DNA of 64,000 bases from Fimbriosthenelais zetlandica. Taxonomy: Eukaryota. Both the position numbers and the translations under genes were made by a program. Shown here in pieces: positions 11,869-23,700 of this stretch. Location: the NCBI GenBank assembly GCA_977030845.1, contig OZ365112.1:11408001-11472000 (forward strand), in the 5' to 3' direction. The notes below the pieces were generated by a model. That model was given only the letters and a program-made list of their open reading frames with translations, searched no databases and had not been told where the DNA came from. Each line of letters starts with the position of its first letter. Position 1 is the first letter of the stretch.

Positions 11869-14027
11869 TTTGCTCTCACACGTCAAGGGAATCCGGTCAA
11901 GGGGGACGATTATAGGGACTGAGGGATGCATTCATTTACCCTTCACAAACATAAAAGCTAGGGGGAAAACATCCCAAAATAACTTAGATGAAATCTTTGC
12001 TTCGCGCTAGGGTGACGACTAATGGCTAGTGACGTAGGGAGGGTCTATATTTAGAAAGTTATCATGACAGTCGCAACAAAAAGGGGCAAGAAGAATTGAG
12101 TAAAATTCATCTGTATAGACTGATTGATGATTCACTGAAAATCGTGACCAAACAGTGAATCACATGGATTATCTCAATCCTGGAGTCCTCCAGGGTAGGC
12201 CCTCAGCATGTGTAAAGTGTATACATGTAGCTCAAGACTAAACACACATATTTACATTGATTTATACATCCTTAGACACATCTACATACCTAGAATTCAA
12301 TACTCAACTTCTATGACACTCAAAGATAACAACTACTAGTCTAGATAGGAAATTAAATAGTCACGGGGTCAAAAAGTAATTTTAAGTGGAAACAGCTAAA
12401 ATATATCTTGCACCATGGGGTTCGAACCCAAGAATATTCAACCACAAAATGGACTAGCTTTCGTCCCCATCCCTACCACTTTTCCCTGCAGCACTCTTTT
12501 CACTGGCTTGTCATCTGATTTATCCAGTGAAAGACTTTACTCAAACTGATTTCAGGCTGTTTGGGCAAAATCTACTGTTGGTGAGCTACGGTACCATATA
12601 TAGACACTATAAGGCGTGACTAGACCTGGTGATAAATAGAAGATAATTGTGAAAAATGTCTTTAACAAAATTATTTTATCCCTGTCTTGATAAAAATGTA
12701 GATTTAAAGTATTAAGTGCTCAGTACAATAGTATTGTACTGAGGGTAAATACACAGTTCTTTGTGTGTAACATAGGTCATCCTGGTGTAAATCAAGGACC
12801 TTTTCTCTACAGCCTGGGGTATTGGCATGTGGTGCCTACATCTAACACCTGGTCCCAGGCACCGCCACCACCAACACACCACCACTACCCCGAGCGATGA
12901 TCATTTTGTTTGGATCTCTGCGGTAAAGTGCCCGGAAAACTTTAAAGTCACAGAAGGTCCTGGCCAAAAAATATAGCGGCAACATTGAAGATAAACCAGG
13001 GCTGTTTTTGTTTCAACAGACGCCCAGAAATCAACGACCCTTAATTGTGTGTATCAAAAGACAATAGTCCAGGTTTTCAACAGGCTCTAGATGCAACATT
13101 TCTTTTCACCCAACTTACTTGTAAATTTTCCCCAAGTTAAAAACATTAAACTTCCCTTTTGAAAAGGTCATAAATCAGATGTTTATCTCATTGTGACAAT
13201 AGCTTGGCCTGGTCTGACTTTTTAACAGCCTATCCACAGCTTATATTATAGTCGGATCAACGAAGGGGAAGAGGTGCGAGACCCGTGCGAGAGCGGCCGA
13301 CATCCGGGATCAGGACTTTGACCCAGGCCATGAGGAGAATGCTCCTCTACAAGAGCTCACTGGAGCAGGCCACCTGAACATTTAGCAGCTTGTTTACTCA
13401 CAGATAATATCACACGTCAAATAAGATTATTTTTTAACCTCGAAATCATAATATTGAGGATGTTAGGTCACAGACAAGAAAAGCACAAACAAGCTTTATC
13501 TTTAACCCTTTGAATGTTTTCATAATAGAACAAATCAACTGCGCAAACCAGATAAGATATAAAATATATGTAAAAAGATGTAAAAATAAATGTATTTAAA
13601 TCAGGGATAAATTTGTGGGGAAATTATATTGTCTTGAAAAACTATTAAATTAATAGATCTTTAATTCCTTTTCGACCGGTACAAGGAATTTCCCAGATTT
13701 TTGTTTACATAATATTTGAGGATCCCGGTGTAGATATTGTAATAGTATATAGACATGTGGTCAAAGTGGTGGCACAAACAGTGGCAGAGAAAGGAGGAAT
13801 AAGGAGGGAGTAAGAATTATGATTTATGAAGATCCTAGTAGAGAAAGTGTGACAGAGGTCTCAAGGATTACTGGCTGGATACGGATACACGTTACCAAGG
13901 CAACACATGTCCGCTCTGTCAAACAGACAACAGTAACTCAGAGTAACGTGAGAGGAAGCTAGTGAGAGTAGAAAGTAATTGAGAGTAATGAGAGATGGAG
14001 AGAGGCTGGGTGGGTGCAGAAGGGTCC

Positions 14028-14056
14028 GGGGGGGGGGGGGGGGGGTGGGGGTGGGG
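14028..14056 (+). repeat. Poly-G tract (G-quadruplex-capable)
   Basis: G18-T-G5-T-G4. Confidence 0.85.
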
Positions 14057-16742
14057 AGAGGAGTGAGAGTGAGAGCCAAGCTACACAATATTATAACATC
14101 AAAACCAATGGTGTTAGACATCTGAGCAAATCCGCACATCCATTAATTTGGATTGATACACGACATACCACTTGTATATCGATATGTGAACGTCTTTCAA
14201 TACCACCCCCGCATCCACCCACCCATTTGCAACCCAGAATGTCCCGGAAACACTGGTTTCCTGTGGATTATAATGTTAAAAGGAACCACACAAATTTATA
14301 AGCTCATCCCAGAAAAGATTCCCAGAGGAAGGGGTTAAATGAGGACCATCATTTTCAAATGGAAAATAAGATTTGCTGGATTAGCCTGATTTTAGCTCAG
14401 AGGGAAATGGGCAGACAGGGAGAAAGGGACTTGATTATACCCGACTGAGCACGCCTGTAAATAATGGTGGTGATTTACTTTAGAAAGCCAACAAAGACAT
14501 TCCACCTAATGTCCCTATACCACCCTTCACTTCACTCAACCAATAACCTGGAGCCCATTCAAACAGATTAACCACTTACACTAACTTTCTAACACATTCA
14601 GTGATTTATTTCATCCACAAAAACATACTTCCTAGTTGTTCAACTTGGTCCTAAATCTTCCTAAAAGCTAACTCTATTACCGACTCTCATTCACGATTGA
14701 TTTTGTTTCCAGTAAATTCTAATCTATTCCCATTCTTAGTTGTACAGGCAGATCTATGTGAAGACATGGTTAAAAATGTGTTGACAAGTTTGGTATTGAA
14801 CTGAGGACAAATGACTGGCAGTTTTTACTATAGTTCATGCATGGCTTGCTACAACAATAATTGGTTCACCCAGTCTCAAACATTGCCATACCAGGTACCA
14901 TCCTCTTAAAAAGATCCAAACTTTAAATTTTCAAAATGGCAGGTATGTCAGACCGCAAAGTCTAAACAAGTGACAAAATGTAAAATTCATGGGATGGGCT
15001 TGGAATGAAGATTTTTCTTCCTTATTAAAATAATTTGCCCAAATTACTTTGAATCGGGCGAGAGATCTCTCTAGTTAAAATAATTAGAGGGGATCATTAC
15101 ATCAATTTCTTATACTCACAAAGCTTGCTCAAATTACCCATGTAGGCCTATAGAGTCATGGATCTGTGGATAATGATCATACACCAAGGTAGCAAAAATG
15201 CATTGGTGACAATGGGTAAATTTCCCTTTGTTCAAGAAATATCAAATATGAGGCCTGGGAAAACCAACCATCCACATCATGACCAATTTTCATTCTCAGA
15301 ATATATAGCCTACTGAGATAAATCAGTGTCGTGACTGTAGGTGTTGGGAATATAGGTCAGATGTGGCGCGCCCTGATATCTAGAACATGAACTAACATCA
15401 GGATATTATGTATACCAGGCAGGTCATTGAGGGGAATGATGCACGAGGTGTGCCCACAGAAATATCAGTCAGACGCCTCTACGAAATCCTGTTATAAATG
15501 TTGGGTATCAGAAGTAAAAGTGAAACAAAAAACTTAATTTTAATTATTTTGAAAATATAAAGAAAAAGTTTTTCCCTTATTATTGTCAAGAATTTGCGCT
15601 TATGTTCAATTACAAAAAATCATTTTCTCTCTTCCGATATTCGTGAAAATGTAAAGATTTTATATTAAAAAATAATATAGACCTATACAGTTCATCTGTG
15701 ATATAGAAAACTAGGAATTGATCCGGCCAGCCAGAGTTATCTGGTGCAGGTAAAACACTGCTGGGGTTCCCCACTGTTTACATCAGTTGATTTTCGTGGC
15801 TACAGACAACACTGGCCGCAGCCAATTTAGATGAACCAAATATCATTATAGAATTCAGCTACTCCTGCCTTATCAGCGACCATATTAAATAAGATACACT
15901 GTTAACTGCATGCATCAATGGAAATTTAAAATGTATCAGCTCCAAGACAAATAGCAGCATAAAATTATTAATATATAGGCATATCAATATATTATAGTAT
16001 GGACAGTCCGACTCGTGTCCAATACACAACTATAGACTGTGAAAATAACAACCCAGCTATTAGGGTGAGCTATTAAATAGATACCGGTATATCATAGAAC
16101 CCTATTCTCTATTTCTATTACAGATATGGATCCAAATTGTTGATCAGTCTTTTCCTGAAGACAGGGTTTATAAAAAGGATTTCCTTCCTTCTTCAATGCC
16201 AGACTTAATTTCTTTTCTCAAGTCAATTTTTCTCAAATCTATAGATGATAGAGATCATGATAGGCCTAGCCCTAGGCCTACTGATACTGATAGGCCAAAC
16301 CTTGGAATTTAAAATCAATCAATGACATGACAATAATATTGACATATCTTAGAATGATTTCAGCTTGAGTTATTCCACTAATTTAAGAGATGTGGAGGAA
16401 TTAAAGAATTAAATGATATTGATCATCCTCTCTGATCAACCAAGAGAACCACCAGTGTCAGTACCATACCATTTTTGGTGGCACCCGCCCTCTTCGACTT
16501 CAGTTCACTTCAGTTCAGTGCCAGGTCCAGGGCAGGGCACTTGTCATGACTCACGGAAGGGTCAAAACAGAGACATTACGAACAGACTTGGGCAGTCACA
16601 AAGTCATTTTATCATTAGCTCGAGGGGGAGATTGATGAAAAAAGAAATCAGAAAAGAAAAATTGCCCACAATCATGGTTCAGTAGCTCAGCTGATGAGCT
16701 TGATCACGCTGTCACAAGTGATAAAACCGTGTCAAGTCTTAC

Positions 16743-16749
16743 CTGCCAT
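16743..16749 (-). CDS. MAP2K6: MKK3/6 exon 1a coding part (ATG GCA G)
   Basis: gtaggATGGCAG|gtaaga has a strong Kozak context and a consensus phase-1 donor. It follows an ATG-free GC-rich leader (~16750-16900) and gives MAD-RRRRPP. Confidence 0.8.
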
Positions 16750-17664
16750 CCTACCGCTGCACACCGCCCGGTCACCCTCGTCCCTAGGGGCTTGACCCTC
16801 ACCTCCAAACGCTTCCTCCTTGACTTGCAGCAAGGCCGGCAGACCTTGAAGGCACCTTGACACCCACGACGTGTATAATGCACGTTTAGGAGATTTCTGA
16901 GAATATTTAGCAGCGTTATCCTATGCTACAGGTCCAAGGCCACAGCACAGGAAAGCCCAGGCGTGACGTCACGGGGAAATCTCGTTTGAGATCCCGCGAG
17001 GGACGAGAGATGTGGCGTGGTTTCTGATTTTTCCACTAGATGGCAGCAGTCTCCCATACGACGGACAACAGTAAATTTTTACTTGGACTTTCTTAGAGGA
17101 TCTTTCCACTTTCAAACAAAGATTATTTCAAAAATTACCACAGATATTTATCTATTCTTAATTTAGTTTCTTTAGTGCTAATTCATGTGAAAATAATCGA
17201 GTTTCTCATTAAGGTTAATTATTTTAGAAATGTGATCAATGATGTGAGACCTAAATACTTTTTCATGATGGAGGCACGTGGAAACTGAGACAACGTGGTT
17301 TCTCATCGATTTGAAGGCATAGCGTGGAATAATTGCAATTGTAAGTTGAAAAAAACCTAATGGTAACCGCTTTATTCGAATTAATACGGTACGGGAAGAG
17401 GCAGCAGGAGCTCCTCAGTTCTCTTAAAGCTCGCTAGGTTCGTGGCGAAGCTCAGTCCAGAGGAAGCTCCCAAAATGGCAGGTGGTTAGACAAGGCACGC
17501 CTTCAGAGACACACACCATTTCTGCTGAACGATGTCCTACGCGTGGATAAAATACTCTAGAAAAGCTAGGCTAGGTTCATGACGATACGGACTAAGAATA
17601 AGTGGTAGTTGGATGATCTGCTTAAGGCAGTGTTGGTGATTTTGGCCTTTCTTTCTCCACGACA
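16750..17664. promoter_or_regulatory. Divergent (head-to-head) promoter region of MKK3/6 and tweety
   Basis: The two ATGs are 916 bp apart on opposite strands. The region is locally CpG-rich and contains the palindrome CGTGACGTCACG (16962-16973) and a CTCF-like CCACTAGATGGCAG (17033-17046). Confidence 0.7.
17033..17048 (+). promoter_or_regulatory. CTCF-like motif
   Basis: CCACTAGATGGCAGCA fits the CTCF core CCA(C/G)(C/T)AG(A/G)(G/T)GGC(A/G). Confidence 0.5.
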
Positions 17665-17787
17665 ATGAGCACCAAGGATTACGATGCGCCGTGGCTGGCG
17701 GAGAAGTTCCACGACTTACCCCACGTTGATCTCACTTTCCAGAGGATCAACTCCACATTCAACCCGGATAATGCACGATATAGAGAG
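17665..17787 (+). CDS. TTYH: Tweety exon 1
   Basis: ATG...GAG|gtaagt. Encodes MSTKDYDAPWLAEKFHDLPHVDLTFQRINSTFNPDNARYRE, with the tweety signature Y.APW....H.LPH.D......S.F.P....Y. Confidence 0.93.
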
Positions 17788-20700
17788 GTAAGTAATCGCC
17801 CCTAACCTTGCTTCGTGTTTTTATATTTGGGTTTTCATATTTAAGCCGCGGTAGTGTTGTGTGTATTGGGGAGTTTCGGCCCTGACTATGGCCGGTTATG
17901 GTAGCGGGAGGTTGATAGCGAGCTTCCGTAGTAAGGGGAGGGGAAGGCGGCCCTTGGCCTTGCTTCTGCTGGGCCTGCTTCAGCCTTTCAGGGATTTGAT
18001 GCTGCTCTACACACAACACACACCCAGTGGCTCTCCTCCTCCTTCACCTGAACGCAAACCGACCCCTCTCTAGTGTTATGTGCACACACAAAATGAGAAC
18101 ATAAGGCCTAAGGCAACTCAGTGTTGAAGTTTTCCTATAGACCTTGCCTAGTGCCAGTGCTGGAAATAACCAATTAATCAATAGGCCTAGGCTACTGATA
18201 ATAGGCCTATTTAATATTCATCCTAAAAATGGCTCATTTTGTTCATTGTGAATTAAGGTTTATTAAAAGAAGAGAGTTTAACCGAATACACACCCAGGGA
18301 TGAAGAGGGCCTCTTTAATTTTCAGTGTGGTAGGCCTATAAAATGATAAAAAAAAAAGTAGGCCTTAGACTAATTCTGTTGTTTGACAGTTTTCAATGCT
18401 CATTTCCATGTCTAAAATGTCCTCTTTAACTGATACTTTTTATCATGTATGCATGCGATAGTTGTCGACAGTTAGTGGACTCCTACTCACGCAAAAAGAT
18501 TAATAGAAACTAAAAAGTAGGCTATGTGGTATTTTACTTTACTAAGAAAAAGTTACCAAGGCCTATACTAATAAAACATGTTTCATTTTTAGTCAGCAGG
18601 CACATCCCTCGATTCTAAAAGGTCATTTCCATTTTTGCATTGGAACTCGTCCTTAAAGTGAATAGAATAGAGGACATGCCCAAAATAAACTCACAAAATC
18701 CTAGGATGGAGCTCTCACTCGAGATCCCAATCTTGTTTTAAATTTCCATGGAATTATTCCATTTGCATTGAAGTAAGTTATGACAAATTCCAAGCCTGAA
18801 GAACTCGTAGCCTGTCAGAGGTGATAATGTTGAAGACAAGTGACAACCCATTGGGGACATTTGCCAACAGGTTTTCCTTCTGTTTCACTGAATTCATGCT
18901 CAAACAAAATATGACATGCCTGCCAAAATGAAGATGTGTGTATGTGTGCCCACGGTCAGGTCATAGCAGCGAGTTTGACAATTGAGTTGATTGTTTGTAC
19001 AGCGACTATTATTCATATGATGGAAATTATAGCACGTTATGATGGATATGATGGAGTGTGTATGTAATAGCAGGACTCCCAGTGTAAATGACTCTAGGGG
19101 CGTCAATACCCAGTCAGCCTCAACTTTTTAATCTAGCTTTCCCATGCATGCCTGGTAAACTATCTTATTTGAAATGTCAAAAATCTATGTGGAAAACATC
19201 AATTTCATTCCAAGCTAATTTGTCTGAAATTGTTTGATAAATGTCCCTTGTCAAACTTTTTGAACAGACCAAATAGTTATTCAGAATCGTGTTGGATAAT
19301 ATGGATTCTGCCATTTTACTAAGAAACTATGTACGTTTTTGTTTTTTTTATCTCTGTTTATTCATACCACGGGTACACAAAATCCTTGTGCGTCAATTCA
19401 TTTAAGTATTTAATGGAAAGAATGGCTTCGCTACCATTCGTTGATCTTGCCCCAGGAAGCTTTTAAATCCCATGGTGATGAAGTGAAAAATAAGCCTCAA
19501 CTGTGGGCTTGAGGGGAAGAAAGGCCTGCCATACCTGCTTAAGCTTTTGTTAAGACCTGTCTCCTTTTCTGTCTTATTTGTTTTTCGAGTTGGACCACCC
19601 GCATTTTAGGATTTCTCCAGCTTTTAAATATTTGCTTATGACTACATTCTCTGTGGGTAAGCGGGTTAGGCGGTATGGATAGGATCCAAGGCTTGGGGAG
19701 TCTATGTAGGACCAGGTGTGTAGATGTTGTCATCGATTATAACCTGCCCCCTTCTCAACACCCGACTATATTCTGCGACCAATCCCTATCCACAACCGTC
19801 TTCAAAATGCCTCCAATACTGAGTTATGAATGTGTCTACGCTAAATACAAGGGGACACAGAGTATAACACATATGGTTAAGGACTAAGCTGAATGAGTAC
19901 ATGCTGTAAAATGTTTGTGGAATCTGATAATTCCATTTACCATGATTACCTAAACTCATTTTTTCTCCCCATCAAGACCCTGGCAAGTAATTTTTTTAAG
20001 AGAAGGTAACAAGAAATCCCCAAGAAATATTTACACATGTCTTGGCGCCAGGTTTTGAGACGACCCAATGCTCTGTTAGATGAGCATGGCATAGCATTGC
20101 TTCCTTACATGTTCAGGATATTAGTCATGGTATTATCATGTGATACAAGCTGGGGAGAAATTGTTTGTCTTGAGTTTGTAAGCTGCATGCTGGCCACCAC
20201 TGATACCATGTGTATTGTGTACCAATCTGCGTGACTCACCACTAATTAGGTTATCCAATATCAAGTCAGTCATCAGAGGACGTAGCCAGAATAATTGATC
20301 TTCCCTCCATCATAAGAAACCTCCTGTTTTAAAGAACACATGGGAGACAATTAGTAACCCAACTTGTCCAGCTGAGAATATGCAGGGTGGCTTAGAATGT
20401 CTCTATAGACAGCAGAGTCAAAGACCAACAGGGACAAATTAAGAGAAAATAAAGAAAACACCAAGAGCAAACTCTTCTTATGTCTCCCTTCATGTTTACC
20501 AAACAAAAACCCCCTTGAAACGATCTCTGCCCAGCAAACTGCAACAGCAGCTGCTATTTGATGTGTTGTTTTCCAAATTTCCTATTCATGTTTTTCCAAA
20601 ACTTTGGTTAGAAGTGTTTCTGTTAGGTTCTCCAAGTGTTCCTGCCCAGGAATGTTTAGTTCTGTCTGGCCATCTGTCACTGCACCACTTTAACCACCAC

Positions 20701-23700
20701 AACATCTCTACTACCACCACACCAAGGCCCAGTGGTCAGTGATAGTGGGCGGGGTCTCCCTGACCATGGTCTCCAGTATTGTACAGTGACAGGCAGCATA
20801 ACAAAAGATTTCCCCCAGGTAATGCTGAACTGCCTTTGATGACTTGAGGGGAAGGTGACTCCTTGGTCATAACCCACCAGGGGTTCGTGTCGTATAAAAT
20901 CTGGCCCAAGACACCATCCCAATCACCCAGGCTGCAGTACCTCCAATTTTTCGTTTGAACCTGATAAAAATTCCTGGTTGGAGATATGCCCATACGTTTT
21001 CCTACATCGCATATTTCCCCTCAATGTTATCTATATGAACACACCAGCTTTTCATGGAGATAAACCTATGATTGGTTACTCATATGAAAGGGTTTTCTCC
21101 TCCCATCATATTACTCACGAGTGAAAGGAAATGTGAAATATTGTTAATAAATACAAGCTAAGACACTCAAATACCCCCATATGATTAATTCAAGTAATCC
21201 AGATAATCACTCTATTTATTCATGGCATTATGACCCGTGAAGCCCCCATCGTCTTAGCCTATGTTAATTGAACTTTGCCCTGCGCGAACATAAATAAGAA
21301 TTAATGTCCATCTTTGATGGAGGTACTCAAGAGACCCAACCAACTGGTCAGACATCTTTGTCTGCGTCCAACGTTCCATACAGGTACAAGGGAACACCTT
21401 GGCAACCGGTATCTTGGTTACAAATTGCCAAAACCGCAAGTAGGACAAAGTTTCTCCCTTATGTGTGCTTTCAATTTGTATTTGAATTCTCGTCCTCTTC
21501 AATAGTCTGGTTGAATACAGTCTGCTTGAATATTCTGGATGCAATATTTTGAAGGGTATAAAGATGATTAGGTCAGGATGGGCTGAAGGCATTTGGTAGG
21601 ATAGGGTACGACTAGTAACTCAATCTCTTATAATATGTATAGACTAAGCGGATTGAGTGCTGTGAATAATGAATAGCATTCCATAACGCCTGCCAAGACC
21701 AGGAGAGCTTCGTACTGCAGTCTACTCGGTACATAAAAAACTCCATACAGTAGTCTATAAAATGAAGGGTGTATAAGTAACATTAAATCAGGCATAGACC
21801 TGAAAACACATTCTGAAAACCTGTGGAAATACTTGATTAAAGCCACATATCTTTACACAAATTTGTCCCATTAATTCCTGTGCAATGGGCATTCAAATCT
21901 AGGTTTAAAAATCTGTTTTCCATTCGAATCCAAGCTCTGGTCGAACAAAGCATGACCTTTTCAATGATTTAGTCCCTTGGCTATTGGTTGATGGCTTTGT
22001 TCCTTTAATAATGGCAAAGAAGATACGGACTGACATGTCTTTATGTCTGGAGTAGAGCACCATGGCTCTTGAGTATTCTCTATGTTTTACTGTATAGTAC
22101 TGGTGCACTTAAAGCAGAAAACCCTCCAAATATAGCAGGTGATCTGTTACCCTATACCACTTGTTGAAGATGTAATGCAAGTCTCTGTGATTAAAGCCTT
22201 GGAAGTCAGATAAAAGCTCGTCCCAAGTAGAGCATCTATTTGTGTCAGTTTGTATGTACTTGTGTAGTGTTAGAAGCGGACTGATTTTCCACATCACTGA
22301 CAATCATTGTCAACTGTGTATTTCCTCTCAACCTTTTGTATCTACACAGCACGAAAGTGTTAAACATTTAGGGTTATTTATAATTCATTTAAATAATGAA
22401 ATACATTTTTGAAACAGCTTTCTTGAGGATCTCAGTGCAATTTCTTGGCTGTACTCCACAGCTTAGAATTTACATTATACATGAGTTTCCTCATTTTTGT
22501 TACAATCACAAGTAATTGATGTCAATTAGGTTTGGAAAATATCATCAAGGAGATTTTTAATGTTGGTTTATGGCTCTGATCCAAAAATTTAAAATATTTC
22601 CCTCGAGTTTTTAAAGGCCTCATTTTCCGTGTCGTGTGTTATATGATAGGCATAAAGAAGGTAGAATTGTAGGTGGGAGGTGGTATCCATGGACAGCTTG
22701 CGCTGGTTCTTTGTCTGGAATACTATTTACTGTACCGTATTCCCCCTAATAAATCACATACTGCCTGCCAAAACATGTTCCATAATAAACCTATCTAGGC
22801 ACGTTATGTTATAAAAAGATGTAATTTATTCCATTAAAATTAATGTAAATGGAGGGAAATTTTAGTTTTCAAATGTTGAAATCTTTTAAAAATAAATTAA
22901 GATAGCAGAATGTAAAGGAACAGTCCTATATATAGGCCTACTGCCAGTTGATTAGTTCAGAGAGTCTACTCTCTGGTTAGTTGTTTGGAATTAATTTTAT
23001 TGTCCAGATACAAATATTGTATAATATAAATAGGGTAAGCTAGCCGGTTGATTATATTGAGATCAGTTAGATTGAGTCCATTATATATACAGGGTATTCA
23101 AAGGATGTACGCCTAATACCACTAACATAATGTATATAATAATTACTAACCGCCATCATAAATCGTGGCTAGATGGATAATGAGAACATTGTCAGTATTT
23201 AATCTGAATCATCTTAATTGTCTGATTTAATTACACTAACTGTTTCCGCAAGCACTGCTGGTTGCATGTCACTGTCACCGAGAAAATCATCTCTTTATGC
23301 CACATGTACATGCGCTTTAATTCATTCACTGGCCATGTCATATTGGGCTAAATATGAAAGACTAGATCTGTAGACTAGATTTGGGAGAGATCTTTAGAAA
23401 TATTTAATATAAACAGATTTGTGTAATTTTTAATATAAGTCTATTTATCCTAGTATTTAAAGTAATGAAAGATTCCAATTATTCCTCATTAGTTTCACTT
23501 TGATAGTCAAAGGAGATTTTGTTCGGGTGCAGGCAGAACAGTCCTTTCACTCCAGTCACACCTTGATAGTCAAAGACGTTCCCCCGTTCCTCCACCAACA
23601 CTGTCTTACCTCGTGTTCCCCATACCTTATAAGATGGTATAACAAGTTTAGGATATTAAATTACAAGTTGATCCAATGGCTGGCGTAATTTAATTCTCTA

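Larger units (their letters stand above)
4945..16749 (-). other. MAP2K6: Gene model (complete): dual-specificity MAP kinase kinase, MKK3/MKK6 class (p38 activator), 338 aa
   Basis: Exons 16749-16743, 6935-6875, 6727-6445, 6311-6195, 6008-5829, 5672-5595, 5368-5229 and 5095-4945 sum to 1017 nt (339 codons) with matching phases and GT-AG introns. Motifs are [22 protein letters not shown], the activation loop [22 protein letters not shown] (SVAKT is diagnostic of MKK3/6 versus SIAKT in MKK4) and a C-terminal DVD-like DMAAFVTDIL. The symbol denotes the MAP2K3/MAP2K6 co-ortholog. Confidence 0.94.

Noticed and set aside
12410-12430. GGGTTCGAACCC T-arm/B-box-like hairpin
   Set aside because: No A-box or rest of a cloverleaf was found. 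At most a decayed tRNA/SINE fragment.
13395-13450. Minus-strand GTGAGT donor at 13401 as a third MKK3/6 first exon
   Set aside because: The only nearby upstream ATG frame stops (TGA) before the donor, and there is no other support.
13502-14338. TTAA-CCC...GGG-TTAA, piggyBac-like ends
   Set aside because: The putative TIRs match for only ~3-5 bp (CCCTTTGAATG versus CCCCTTCCTCTG), which is compatible with chance.
16673-16750. tRNA-Asp-like look (gtagctcagctg...ctgtcac...gtcaagtc) on the plus strand
   Set aside because: The anticodon, T and acceptor stems do not pair properly and there is no GTTCRA B-box. The 3' part is better explained as the MKK3/6 exon 1a donor on the other strand.
16790-16865. 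Four TCAAG(G) words in the MKK3/6 leader resembling NR5A/ERR sites
   Set aside because: None matches the full YCAAGGYCA consensus, so this is too weak to call.
21254-22303. Run of 60-110 aa ORFs that might be a decayed transposon
   Set aside because: I could not see any RT, endonuclease, integrase or DDE motif in the translations. A blastx or HMM search would be needed to overturn this.
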